A stretch of 64,000 nt of DNA, taken from contig NC_134029.1 in the NCBI RefSeq assembly GCF_964204645.1, positions 12,922,850 to 12,986,849 on the forward strand, given 5' to 3'. The number at the start of each line of letters is the position of its first letter. Within the stretch, counting starts at the first letter, position 1. The stretch comes from Tubulanus polymorphus. Taxonomy: Eukaryota > Animalia > Nemertea. The notes below the pieces were generated by a model. It worked only from the letters and a program-made list of their open reading frames with translations, ran no database searches and was not told the DNA's origin. Of the stretch, positions 1 through 12,880 are shown piece after piece. The translations under genes and the position numbers were made by a program.

Positions 1-1041
1 GAAAATTTGGATGAAAACTCATTTTCTTTCGGTCAGATAGATTTTGTACAGTTCTTTGAATTTGTAACTTCAAATTGGTCAGAGTTGCATGAGGAGCTGT
101 CTTTTTTTCATGGGTTCTCGAATTAACTTCTAATTCTGTTTGGCCTACAGTGATATAGGGGGTGAAAGATTTTCCCCTCTGCAAGATCTCTTGTCGGATT
201 TTGTTTGCAGATGGAAAGATTGGCGTTCCATAGCTTTTTAGAACCCGTTTCAAGTCGAAAAGTCGTCTCATCGGCAGACGCAGAGCAAGTTTTAATTCAA
301 CAGATTGCGATGCGGTTAATGGTTTGAGTAGATGTAATTGTTGAGAATGGTCTATTGCAGATTTAGATAATTTGGGATTGTGTGATAGAAATGTTGAAAG
401 CGTGATGCTGCTCTGATATGAATTGATTGGTTTAGCTGATATTGTGTCTAATACATTTTTCATTGTCAATGCTCGAGCTTCTAGAGTTTGGGAACTTGCC
501 GCTGATGATGGGACATTAGGGATGCTCAATTTGCAAAACTTTTCAGGGCGAGACTTCGTTAAGTGACGAGCATCGAAGATGCTATTCATATTTCCTCCGC
601 ATATTTCTAATAAGCTTTTATTTCTGATTAGAGATTCATATTGTTCGTATTGCAATATCTGATTTTGTAGGCCTAACTCTTCTAATTTCTGATCTTTAAT
701 TTTGATTTGCTCTGCTGAATTTACATTTTCTGATTGCAAAACCAATTTCTCACTTTCTATCTGTCTCATTTTCGACTCAAGTAGTTTGATCTTAATTTCT
801 TGTTTATTTTCAGTTGCAGTGTTCTCCGTTTGACAGCTGCGATCCTCTTTGAAATGATAGGTCGGTACAGATGTTTCAACGTTGGTACTTGGTACATACA
901 TAACAGGGGACGTAAATGGAGTACTGGTAAATGGAGGCTGAATATTTGATTCTTTTTCGTCAAATGAAGTTTGCGATTGAGGAGAAAACTGGCTAGACAC
1001 ACTTTCACTCAATAGGCTCGTATTTCCCCATTTTGCATTTC
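1..1041 (-). CDS. Partial transposase exon, Transib/Chapaev/RAG1-like (runs off the window's left edge)
   Basis: Manual translation: the minus-strand frame containing ATG at 769 is open from ~1084 to base 1. It has no stop in the window, so it is absent from the ORF track. A coiled-coil stretch is followed by LTASQSVELKLALRLPMRRLFDLKRVLKSYGTPIFPSANKIRQE, resembling the pre-RNase H helical region of RAG1/Transib-type transposases. Candidate splice acceptor at ~1042. Confidence 0.5.
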
Positions 1042-3505
1042 CTATTGAATCAATAGATGGTAAAATACAATCAATTTCAATGAATTAATTTTCATGCATA
1101 CGAGTCCCTTCATTTATAAACCAATGTCGATCATTATCAGTTGAAATAAAAGATCAATGGAAGTGTACATATGGTACTAATTAATTTAGTTTTGTTGTTT
1201 TCTCATTAATCCATATATTCATAAATAGGAAGTATTAGTCACCAGTTAGTAAATATAATTCAACTTGCCTAACCATTTTTATCATAATTTCTTTCCATTT
1301 CAAATATAAGACCCACAATAACATTATACGTAGAACATTGTGTCTTTACACTTGCTAGGGTTCATTTGAGTTCTTAAGTTTGTAGTTAACAACAATCCAG
1401 ATAAATGCCAATGGAATAGTGGTGAGAGTTCTACCCTTTTGTTATTGTGGGTTGTTGTCACTCATAAACCCTCAAATTCTCAGTCTCACTCACTGGCAGT
1501 CATCATAATATAATTACTTCACCTCCTTTTTCTGAACAATTCTTAAATATGAACATGTGCATTGTATACATTGTAAACCTGAGGCCTGTTTTCCAAGAAT
1601 ACATACGAGACTCTTATTAATGTTTCAATACTGATATTGGCTTAGGCGGGAATGGGTTAATAGGCACAACAGGAGTAGACTATACACGAAACACATTTAT
1701 TTGAGAATTGCCATTTAAGATCTTCATGATCCCTAGATACTTTGATTCAGAGCATGTTTAGAAATCAGTTCCTTTTTGAAAAATAAATCAGAACTTAAAA
1801 AGTCAGAAAATAAGTCAGAAAATATAATTATTGTTTTTATTCAATCAGAAAATAAACACTTAATTTAAATAACAAATTCCAAAGTTTATTTTTCACTCTC
1901 ATTTGAATGCAGCTATAGATTATATTTTTAACAAATATACTTACAAATCAAAAATCGAAAATGTATACCTTATTCATGAATAACTAACTTGCCAGCAAAA
2001 TGCAATGGGCACAGCCGAGGCATAGGCATGATTCATAGTTGGCATTTTGGGAGTGAAGAATGAAACTACTGGGACATAAAAAGAATTGTATTGATATACG
2101 TACTTGCTTCGATCATTTTTTTACTTTAGCTTTATTTTTCTTACTTTTCTGGTTGGACCCATAATAAAGCTTACGTTTCCCTTGACCAACTTTCCTGTCA
2201 AAATTTTCTGCCATTCTGAAATTGAAATCATGCCAATTCAAGTAACAAAGTAACCGCTTATTTGTAAGCATGAGATGGTTTTTCAACTTAGCATACGAAA
2301 TTAAATTGTTGGTTTACCTCACCTGACTAAATTAAAAATATGGCCAGACTGCAGTCTAAACGATATCAATATCAACACTTGCGGTTGGACTCTTGACACT
2401 GCGAATCTGAAATTATAAACAAAAAACTACAGCTTAATCAAGGAATTTTTAACTTTTTGGTATAGACTGACACTGCGACTGCGAAAAATCTGAAATTATA
2501 AACAAAAGTACAGCTTAATCAAGGAATTTTTAGCCCGAGGAGAACTTTTTAGTATGAAATACATTTTCCGGCCTACCTCACTAGACGATATTGAAGGGCC
2601 CCACCCGACGGCAGCCTGCCACTGAAGGACCACGAAAAATCTGAAATTATTGAAGTTACATGCATGATTGATCAATTTTTTTATTTCAAAGTCCAAGAAA
2701 AAGTTTTCGATTTGAAAAATGACTGATTTTTGAGCCTACCTCACGAGACGATATCTTATTTTATGAGTACAGTAGGAATTTAAACGACGAAAAATATCCT
2801 GAAAGAGAAAAGTGGATATTCGAACAGAAAGTCTAAAAGGGGACTACTATTTGATTTGGCTTTGCTTTTGGACATGAATCAGGCCTCTCTACTATTGAAC
2901 ATACGATTCAATATGAATTATCTCTCATGGATATCACTAAATTCGGTGTTCAAATGAGGCAAGGCCTATAAAGATAAAGATACTGCAAATTTGAATGATG
3001 ATCGAAATCGACTAAAACTTATTTCCGGGTTAGGAGCGACACGATTTCTCAGCGATACGGTTACAAAAACACCACTTATAATATATCAATTAAAACTAGA
3101 TAAGCTCACGCTCAGCGCTATGTTTACAGATATAATTATTCTTATCCTCAGATTAAGTATTTCCTGATGTATTTGGTGGTATACTTACTTTTAGGTCGTC
3201 CGATTATCGCTAGACTTTCGAGCCGGACAGGCGACAACGTCGGGGAAATTTCAAAAAACGGCAAATTTAGCGCGGTGGAGCCAGGCCAGTTGAATGTTAT
3301 TTGCAATCTGGCAGGGGACGATTATGCTAAATAGCGCAAGAAACATGCCACTAAAAACCGTAGATTTTCCTATTCACTAGCATTATGCCTCGTGACGTCA
3401 TGAAGTCACGCGATCAGAAAGTTAAAAAATAGCGCGCCCTTGCTCAACTACGCGCTCACATTGTTAGTCGTTATTGCCTGATCGCGTATCGTCGTGGATA
3501 TTTGA

Positions 3506-4148
3506 TTAATCATACATAGTAATGTCATCAATTTTATAATACCTTGCGGACACTAAATTTGTTGCTGAAATATAATTTTTAATGTTAAATAATGAAAATG
3601 ATTTATTGGTTTCTTTTATTTCGATTTTAAAGTTGGGTTCTTCTTCTGTCTTCATTTTAATAACAAAACTTTTATTAAAACTCATTCAAATATAAATATT
3701 CAATGTTTTAAATATGAATTATTTCACTCACACTTTTATATTGAATAATCTATCAATTTATATGTTATTCATATATATTTTATTCATGTATATGAATATT
3801 TTAAGAGTAATAGGGGTAATGGGCTTTCAGGTTAAAGGTTGAATGGTCGAGTTCATTAAAAATGAAAAATATGAAAATAATAACAATTTCTACTTGAATT
3901 AGGAGTGAAACTCATAAAAAATGAAAAATAATTCTCACACGCTCGAATTTATTTCACTCACACTTTACTCACACTTTTTTCTAGCGAGTAAAAATGAAAA
4001 ATAAATTCGAGTGTGTGAGAATTATTTTTCATTTTTTATGAGTTTCGCGACTAATTCAAGTAGAAATTGTTATTATTTTCATATTTTTCATTTTTTAATG
4101 AGCTCGACCCTTCGACCTTTGGCCTGAAAGCCCATTACCCCTATTACT
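3506..4148. mobile_element. Right-terminal remnant of a second, related Polinton/Maverick (subterminal TIR plus 343-nt hairpin end)
   Basis: 3760-3840 matches the subterminal/terminal TIR of the main element (tatgttattcat...ttaagAGTAATAGGGGTAATGGGCTTTCAGGTTAAAGGTTG) and ends in CCCCTATTACT at 4148. The left boundary is approximate and no partner TIR is in the window. Confidence 0.8.
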
Positions 4149-4369
4149 CGCATGTTTAAGCCAGCTCCACGAATCCGCTGCTATAGCGCAAAAAATTACA
4201 CAATTTTCGTTTCGTATTGCATTTGATACTTTAGCAGGACCCGCGAAAAAATGACCATTTCGTTTCATAGTTTAGCATTTCGTTTCGTATTTTAGCATTT
4301 CTTAATTTCGTTGCATATTTCTTAATTTCGTAGTTTCGTACTTTAGAAGTAGCCGTTTCAAGGTCAGCC

Positions 4370-5365
4370 TTAAGAGTCAGACCATGTCACGTCGAGTGCT
4401 ACTTTCAGTGGTGGCATCATGTTACCCCAATGCGGTTAATCTCGCCATTAATACTTTTAGCGAAGCTCATCTAACACCGGTTAAGGTTATGCGAGGTGAA
4501 GATAGGCTGGGACTCACCCCTACCCGAATCAGAGTCCGCTGCCTGGAAACAGTGGTTGGACGTGTCTTTGTTGAATACAATTCTAGCTCCGAGAGTCTGA
4601 AACCAAGCAGCCTCTGTAGCATCGTGTTGTGTATCATTTTTCAGTTGCTTGTGTTATCGGATAGGGCACCCCGTCGTATCTGAGGCTTGTTGATACTGAA
4701 GGCCTGATAGCCTGTTCGCTGCTCCTTGGCAAATCGAGAGTCGCCCTGGTTAAGAAAGTCTTAATTCCATGCTTAGAGCTCACCACAGCGACTATGGCTG
4801 TCTGGATAAATAATATGCTTCAGCAAGAGATCGACTTGAAGGTAGAAGATACCTTCGACCGGACCGACAGCACCATAGAGTTGTGTTACATGAATAATGA
4901 AATGTTGCTTTTCCGAACATTCATAGCGAATAGAGTAGAAATCATACGTGATAGTTCAGATGTGAGTCGCTGGAACCACATCTCCTCGCAGGAGAACCAG
5001 CTGACGTCATATCTTTCAGACTACAGCTTGAGGAGAGTCATCGTCTAGACCAGTGGCTGAGATGTCCAGACTTTCTACGCCAGACTCGTCATGATAATAT
5101 TTGGCGTCCACCCAACACGGAGTGGTAGTTACCGATTGAGGATCCGGAAGAGAACTAGCACTGTCTGTGCCTGCATAGTGATCGTTGATCATCCCGTTAT
5201 ATATCTGCTCCAAAGCTTCTTGAGTTGGTCCGAACGAGAATGGGCGCGATTGGACTCGACGCATCAGAGATTTATCGTCAAGGTGTGTAATATCAGTACT
5301 TGTCCAATGAGATTGCAGAACTGTCGAAAGGGAGAAATGCCTGAGCAAAGCTAATCATATTGCGA
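4370..5365 (+). pseudogene. BEL/Pao LTR retrotransposon pol fragment (peptidase A17/RNase H region)
   Basis: Degenerate BEL motifs across frames: GKSRVA..K...IPCLELT, (W)TDSTI.L.Y, TFIANRVEIIR, W.HISSQEN. Confidence 0.8.
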
Positions 5366-6455
5366 AAGTGGGATCTAGGTGCTGTGTGTCGCGTGAATTA
5401 CCCTTATACAAAGTGGCTGGGATCGAGGTGCTGTGTGACGCGTGGATTACCCTTATACAAAGTGGCTGGGATCGGGGTGCTGTGTGACGCGTGGATTACC
5501 CTTATACAAAGTGGCTGGGATCGAGGTGCTGTGTGACGCGTGAATTACCCTTATACAAAGTGGCTGGGATATAGGTGCTGTGTGTCGCGTGGATTACCCT
5601 TATACAAAGTGGCTGGGATCGAGGTGCTGTGTGACGCGTGGATTACCCTTATACAAAGTGGCTGGGATCGAGGTGCTGTATGACGCGTGGATTACCCTTA
5701 TACAAAGTGGCTGGGATCGAGGTGCTGTGTGACGCGTGGAATACTCTTATACAAAGTGGCTGGGATCGGGGTGCTGTGTGACGCGTGGATTACCCTTATA
5801 CAAAGTGGCTGGGATCGAGGTGCTGTGTGATGCGTGGATTACCCTTATACAAAGTGGCTGGGATCGGGGTGCTGTGTGACGCGTGGATTACCCTTATACA
5901 AAGTGGCTGGGATCGAGGTGCTGTGTGATGCGTGGATTACCCTTATACAAAGTGGCTGGGATCGAGGTGCTGTGTGACGCGTGGATTACCCTTATACAAA
6001 GTGGCAGTGATCGAGGTGCTGTGTAACGCGTGGATTACCCTCATACAAAGTGGCTGGGTTCGAGGTGCTGTGTGATGCGTGGATTACCCTTATACAAAGT
6101 AGCTGGGATCGGGGTGCTGTGTGACGCGTGAATTACCCTTATACAAAGTGGCTGGGATCGAGGAGCTGTGTGTCGTGTGGATTACCCTTATACAAATTGG
6201 CTGGGATCGAGGTGCTGTGTGACGCGTGGATTACCCTTATACAAAGTGGCTGGGATCGAGGTGCTGTGTGACGCGTGAATTACCCTTATACAAAGTGGCT
6301 GGGATCGGGGTGCTGTGTGACGCGTGGATTACCCTTATACAAAGTGGCTGGGATCGGGGTGCTGTGTGGCGTGGGGATTACCCTTATACAAAGTGGCTGG
6401 GATCGAGGGGCTGTGTGGCGTGGGGATTACCCTTATATAATATTGTTTGGATCGA
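5363..6455. repeat. 49-bp minisatellite, ~22 copies
   Basis: Head-to-tail unit gggatcgaggtgctgtgtgacgcgtggattacccttatacaaagtggct with point variants and no spacers. Confidence 0.95.
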
Positions 6456-6831
6456 GGGACAGGGTTTTTCCCTGGATTACCTGTGGCTGGATCGAGGGGA
6501 TATGAGTAGGCCCTATGTCGGTTTGTCAGTAAAAATGCAAAGCCAATAATAATGTAATAATAATAATAATGTAGCCAAATAACTCTTTGAAAGATTTTTT
6601 GTCATATGGTAGAAAGCTGAGTGCACAACAGCCGAATTACTCCTTTTTAAAAATATATCCTTGAGTGAACTAGTCCACGCTAACCTGGACTTGAACCGGT
6701 CTTATTAGGACCAGAAAGGACTGGCAGTTGACCTAAAACATATGATTTTTAATCCATTTTGAACTGAAGGATATCAAAAAAGTCTTCATTGAATGGGTTT
6801 GAAAAGAGAAAATTGACTCGAACGTTTCCGT

Positions 6832-9399
6832 CGGTTCCTGAACTTCGCTGAAAAAGCTGAAACACTGAAACGCTGAAATCGTGCTAGGTACCGACAATAC
6901 ACGTTTTGAAATAATTTCCGGGCCGGTATCCGCTGCCGAGTCCTGAACCGTCTTTTATTCTCCACCTTCGGTTACAGAGACATGCATGGGCAGTATGTGT
7001 GGAGTATACTTCTAGAGGGCCACTTGTTGAACAAATTAATTCGCTTGAAATCCGGATTTTTAATGCATACAGGCAGCATGATGAGGAAAACCCATTCACA
7101 AACCGTGCAAGCCAACTTAAACACTATGCTCAATATTCCAAGAATATGGTTTACTTCTATCGTTCATGTATAAAACAGGATTATAAGCAACTTTTCTTTT
7201 GTCAACACGTTGATGGGCGACGGACTATGGTATTCTCTGAAGGAGGTAAATTAAATTTGACAGCTAGTTATATAAATGATGCAGCTTTTGGACAAAAGGG
7301 ATCTAACTAAATTTCTTTTTAATTCACCGTGGAATGGAATGGATTGACGCCAATGACATGCAGTAGGCCCCTACTTATAGGTCATACTAATTAGCGTCAA
7401 CCAATTAATCTAAATCGGGCAAACCATTCAACAACTGTAATTTATTTGCTGTGTTGTGATAATAATAGGTTTTTTTTTTAAATGACATACCAACTGTTAG
7501 AAAAATGTACCGATTCTTATTTTTAGACTACTACGGTATCTATAAAAGGAGGAGTCATAGATAAAGTTGATTTGCTCAGCTGGACACACTTCTTGTCAAG
7601 TACATCATCTCAAGTATTGGGTGTTTTGTAAGTTTGATTTCAGTAATTATTTACTAAGTGCTGTTCCCTCGGACCTCAGTGCTTTCAAACTAGGCCCACC
7701 CCATAGGCTATATCTCCAGAGTGTGTTAGCCACTATTATTTTATTTCCTACTTTAAATGCACTTTTTTCTATTTTTAGACTCGGGCTAAGAATGTGCAAA
7801 TTTGAGATACTGAGAAATCAGATGGCACTAGTTAACTTGAACTGCGAAATTTGCAGCAGGATAGCTGAACGACACAATTTTTAAAAACAAAATGGCTATT
7901 CGAATGCTATTTCAGTAATAACTTGATTCAACCAGAGAGAAATGTCAATTGGGGATGTACAGTACACCCACTTTACTTCCCCGTTTTCCTGGTACCAAAT
8001 TTTTTATCTTAAGCTAAGCAATATTCTAAGGTATGCTAGTGAATTTCATTAGAATATAAAGCAATGGAACCAGAATTCAAGCCCGAGTTAAGCGAACTAT
8101 TGATTCTGATATAATGTAAGAACTGATTTCTTTTGTGTATTCTTGTAGAATGTGTTAAGTATTATTTTAAGCTGTTAAATAATATAATTAGACAAACGTC
8201 AAATTATTGGATCTTTCTTGTTGACTCGTTTAATTTTGTGAGTTTAGAGTTCCAGTCAATCCACAATGTGCAGTGCCTAGCCTTCATCTAGTACTAAAGC
8301 CAAGCCTGTGTATGGGAAAACGTTGTTCGACTCTCATAAGCCAGACAAATAAAAACTTGCAATACATTGCAGATAGTAGTCTCCAGCAAGTAGTCAGAGA
8401 AAGTAAACCAGGTTTTACCCCGTACCCTACCCGGCATCTTCACCTGTCAAGGGATTCGAACCCACTACACTAAAGCTGTTCTCCGAACCGCTTGACCTCG
8501 AGTCGTTACTAGCCGACCAGAATCAGGTCGGGCCAATCACAGCGCTTGTTACAAACGACATTTGGCATCTATGGAATTTCCCGGTAAATGGACCAATCAG
8601 CGAACACGTAGCGAAAACGGAAGTATTGTCGCGTGTTGATATATGACGTCATTCGCTAAAACGCCGGTAATGAAATCGAGGCCAGGGGGCAGGTGGAAGC
8701 GAGTTTGGAAGCGATACTGGTCTCCTGTCAAGCGAGGATGCCTACCCGGGAACGAAAGACACTACAAGACTCCTTCCTTGAAGAGATTGTAGAAATAGTG
8801 CACCCAATCGTAGTAATGCTAAGTACAGTATACTATGACGGTTGAACCTTTATTCACACCAAAATAGAATCAAAGTAGTCATAAGTTCCATGATAGCACT
8901 TAATTTGGGTTATCAGGTTCAGCCTTACTAGCTGTACTTTCATTCAGCTACTACTTTTGTATGAGACTTGGCAATGATAAGTTGGAAGAAATCACCAAAT
9001 ATAAGAAAAATATTGAGAATTAATATTACTGTAATTAAGATTTATTCAAATGAAGTGATAATTTCATTGTTAGATCGTACCGGTATATGTGCATAAAACA
9101 AAAAACACATCTAACAATCCACGCAATCCGCAATCGATCAAGTCGAACATGACGACGATCTCAAGGCATGTCTCTGTAACCGAAGGTAGAGTCTAAAAGA
9201 CGGTTCAGGACTCGGCAGCGGACACCGGCCCGGAAAGAATTTCAAAACGTGTATTGTCGGTACCTAGCACGATTTCAGCGTTTTTCGGGAATTCCCTGAA
9301 ATTTCGGCGTTTTTCGGAAATTCCCTGAAATTTCAGCGTTTTTATTTCAGCGTTTCAGCTTTTCAGTGTTTCAGCTTTTTCAGCGAAGTTCAGGAACCG
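6832..9399. mobile_element. Non-autonomous TIR DNA transposon, Mutator-like (9-bp TSD)
   Basis: TIRs CGGTTCCTGAACTTCGCTGAAAAAGCTGAAACACTGAAA...CCGAGTCCTGAACCGTCTTTTA (~125-200 bp, containing gctgaaa repeats). TSD CGTTTCCGT at 6823-6831 and 9400-9408. No transposase ORF recognised. Confidence 0.9.
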
Positions 9400-9435
9400 C
9401 GTTTCCGTGCCTACATACCAAACTTCAGTTGGTAG

Positions 9436-10382
9436 TGTTATGAAGACGTTTAGGATATATATATTATTGGGCTTTCATGAATTATAACAATAAAGCTTTC
9501 GGGAACATAGTAGTAGGGTTCAGTTATCAGCGGTTAAACAATATCAACAAGTAGTGCATGGAAGCTGGTGTTCATGGCCAGTATTGCAGTATCAGACAAC
9601 CTGCGTGGATATGTACATACATGAACATAAATAGAAATTATATAAATAAACAAGTGCGGAAGTGACGTATGTATCTACGTAGGTAAACCAAATATGGTGC
9701 GGCCATGGACTCCGTTGAGTGCAAAAGTATATTTTTAGAAAATTGTGACGTGTGCAGACACGTCATCGCCCATATATGGATGGGAGGAATGTTGTGACGT
9801 ATGAATAAGTCACAATCCATGAATTCCAAGCCATGTGTGGAAGAGGACTTGCACACGTTGCACAAGAGAAATTGATATAAATAGGGAGGTTTTTTGTAAG
9901 CACGATATACTAGAGCTCCGGGGAATGATCTGTATACATCTAGAGAGAGAGCTACGGGGAATGATCTGTTTACATCTAGTAAGAAGAATAAACGAAAGAT
10001 AACTTTAGCAATTCTTAAGTTTTTTGTAAGCACGATATACTAGAGCTCCGGGGAATGATCTGTATACATCTAGAGAGAGAGCTACGGGGAATGATCTGTT
10101 TACATCTAGTAAGAAGAATAAGCGAAAGATAACTTTAGCAATTGTTAAGTTATTTCTGCAGCCGTGTAGAAGTCAAGACCAAGGACGGAGATCTGATCTA
10201 AGAGAGTGTCCTCGCAACATCATCTAGAAGAATTATTACCACGACGCTAGTAGGACAGCCCAATCCGGATTCACAGCATTGGAAGAGATACGAACCGCAA
10301 CATTGATGGAGTAGAATCCATCACCACAACACTGGTGGAGAATCAATACCACAGCACTGGTGAAGAAACCATAACCACAACA
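9436..10382 (+). mobile_element. Solo LTR (probably Ty3/Gypsy)
   Basis: TGTTATG...CACAACA termini and 4-bp TSD GTAG (9432-9435, 10383-10386). The empty site ttggtaggcatgg is visible in the paralogous MITE at ~36998. TATA-like tataaatag at ~9876. Internal 130-bp tandem duplication at 9889-10150. Strand inferred from the TATA orientation. Confidence 0.85.
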
Positions 10383-10610
10383 GTAGGCATGGAAACATAT
10401 TGTTAAACTTTCACATCATGGAGTCTCTTTCCTCTTTTTTGGATATCCTTCAATAAAGTGAAGGGTGGATTTAAACTCGATGTTTTAGGTCAACTGCCAG
10501 TCCTTTCTGGTTCTAATAAGACCTTTATCAGGTAAAATTTTTTACCAAGACCTTTACCAAAACTGACTGAACTAGGCCACCTGATGTACTCTCAAGTCAA
10601 GTTTTTTAAT

Positions 10611-11063
10611 AGGGCAGGTGATATTTTGCCAATGGCTCGTTCTGATTGGCCGATTGACGCTGCGCATGCGCACTGAGGTGGACGACTTAGAAAATTGAAG
10701 GAAAGTGTGGAGAACAGAGTTACCTAGAGAAAATATGAGCATGAGAAGGATTCAAATACGGACCAGCAAATTGCAAGCGTAACGTATTCCCACTAGACCC
10801 ACCGAGGTTTTCGCAATCCAGCTGTAAGTTTTGAAAACATATAGCCTCACCTTACCTTAACCCTATCCCTAGGGGTGAAACACAACCCTAATAAAAACCT
10901 CACACCTGGACCCTGTAACCCTATCGAAACCCTTACCCTAAACATAGATTATATTTTACGTCGCATATCTTATTAGTAGGCCTATATCTTATTATATTTA
11001 GCCATTGGCAAAATATAGCGTTTACTAAAATAATACCGCCGCATTGGCAAAATATCCACCATC
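10611..11063. mobile_element. Degenerate MITE-like element
   Basis: Inverted repeats gtgatattttgccaatg / cattggcaaaatatccacc, internal aaccct-like repeats and a tRNA-like segment. No clear TSD. Confidence 0.45.
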
Positions 11064-11213
11064 AACCATAGTTCTGTGCTCCAACCAAAAAACTGACGAC
11101 GGACTGGAGTTCGCCGTTGTGTAGTCTAGTACCTAGCCGTCGTTGTAGGGAACCGTAACGACTGGTATTCAGACTAATGTTTATTTCAACTCGACTTGAG
11201 AGCATATCAGGTG

Positions 11214-11603
11214 AGTAATAGGGGTAAAGGGCTTTCAAGCCAAAGGTCGAGAGGTCGAGAAATTTTCCAAATGTGAAAATAACAATAATTTCTAGTTGAA
11301 TTAGTCGCGCACACTCCTAATTCAACTAGAAATTATTATTATTTTCACATTTGTAAAATTTCTCAACCTCTCAACCTTTAACCTGAAAGCCCATTACCCC
11401 TATTACTCTTAAAATAATCATATACATGAATAAAATATAAATGAATAACATATATAAGTAATTAGAAAAGTAGGCTTTCAGATAGAATAGAATTTCTCAT
11501 AGAATAGATATATAGATATATTCTAAACATTATTTCAATATTTATATTTGTATGAGTTAGATTTTTAAACATTAAAAGTGTTAGTAAAGTGTGATTGAAA
11601 TTA

Positions 11604-11608
<5 letters not shown>
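11214..11608 (+). repeat. Left TIR of the Polinton; 11214-11407 is a 194-nt hairpin
   Basis: Reverse complement of 36372-36773. 91-bp arms around the loop tcgcgcacactc. Confidence 0.95.

Positions 11609-11638
<30 letters not shown>
11607..11638. repeat. (AT)n microsatellite
   Basis: Direct reading. Confidence 0.95.
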
Positions 11639-11642
<4 letters not shown>

Positions 11643-11774
11643 GATATAATACATAGCATTTGCTTATACTAGAACATGATTCTATTTGAGCCTATATACA
11701 TTTCATGTAATGAACTATTGAATAAATCTATAAATTCACAGCTGTCACAGCTGTTACTATGACGCCGAGACATA

Positions 11775-11900
11775 TGAGTCATAATACTGCAAACGCGTAG
11801 AACATTCTAGAAGGTGTACCGGAACTCTGAATAGATGACGTGTCATAAACGCAAACGCGTAGAACATTCTAGAAGGTGTACCGGAACTGAATAGATGATG
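11775..11900. promoter_or_regulatory. Putative stress-responsive cassette: AP-1 site plus two canonical heat-shock elements in a ~62-bp direct repeat
   Basis: TGAGTCA at 11775-11781. aGAAcaTTCtaGAAg at 11799-11813 and 11861-11875 (nGAAnnTTCnnGAAn). Confidence 0.5.
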
Positions 11901-12420
11901 TAACATAACGCTTAGGATATCTATCTCTTGAAACGCAATTTGGAGTTTATAGTTTACAATTCTAAATCTAAATGTAAGTACTGTTTTTTGTAGTTATTAG
12001 GGCTATTAAATATGAAACCTTTAGATATATTTAAGTGTATTTAGTATATTTTTTAGATAATTAGAGTTACCGCTGATATCTTTTAGTTGAATAAAATGTC
12101 ATACGCATCAAGATGCGATAGAGAAACTCAAGATACTCTTTCTGACTGAGGAATCAACAGCAATGGATATCGAACCAATAGAAATTGGCACAAGAAACAC
12201 CAAAAGATCAACGAAGAAACTATATAAGAATTTCAAAAACATAAAGACTACTCCACAAATACCAATGATTAAGTTAAACATTTGTTGATGTAGTTAAATA
12301 TCTACCGGCAATTGAAAAAATGTTTGTAATTATAGATTTTATATATAGAAATTAAATGATGTATTGGAAGAAACGAACGACTGAACATACTTGTATAATG
12401 TATTGTGTAAATCTACTTGG

Positions 12421-12880
12421 TGAATTTTTATGTTCAGTCGTTTCTATTTACAGAATGAATATATAATTATGATTAGCGCATGCGCATTAAGCAAAACCGG
12501 CCATAAATGGCCGCATGTGACTGAAACATGTAACGCATGTGACGCGGACATGAATGCGTTTGAATTTTCTATGTTCAGTCGTTTCTATTTTACAGAATGA
12601 ATATATAATTATGATTAGCGCATGCGCATTAAGCAAAACCGGCCATAAATGGCCGTATGTGACTGACACATGTAACGCATGTGACGCGGACATGAATGCG
12701 TTTGAATTTTCTATGTTCAGTCGTTTCTATTTTACAGAATGAATATATAATTATGATTAGCGCATGTGCATTAAGCAAAAGCGGACATCAATGGCCGCAT
12801 GTAACGCATGTGTTGTTTCTATTTTACAGAATTTACAGAATGAATATATAATTATGATTAGCGCATGCGCATTGATCCAA
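12421..12880. repeat. 142-bp tandem repeat (~3.3 copies) inside the Polinton, with GCGCATGCGC palindromes
   Basis: atgttcagtcgtttctat recurs at ~12430, 12571 and 12713. Each unit has attagcgcatg(c/t)gcatt. Confidence 0.9.

Larger units (their letters stand above)
6692..10601. mobile_element. Palindromic foldback MITE, copy 1, interrupted by two younger insertions
   Basis: Segments 6692-6831, 9409-9435 and 10387-10601 join into the same palindromic sequence seen at 36780-37459 (gtcttattaggac...aaacttcagttggtaggcatggaaaca...ctaggccacctgatgt..ctcaagtcaag). The left arm is degraded. Confidence 0.8.

Noticed and set aside
5363-6455. CRISPR-like array
   Set aside because: Units are contiguous with no unique spacers, there are no cas genes and the context is eukaryotic. 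It is a minisatellite, and ORFs 6226 and 6275 are by-products.
8440-8475. tRNA gene (gggattcgaaccc B-box), also the tRNA-like text at ~10745-10810 and ggttcgaatccc at ~56451
   Set aside because: Only T-arm-like fragments inside transposons. No complete cloverleaf could be built.
10845-10945. Interstitial telomere (aaccct-like repeats)
   Set aside because: Few, degenerate units inside a MITE-like element.
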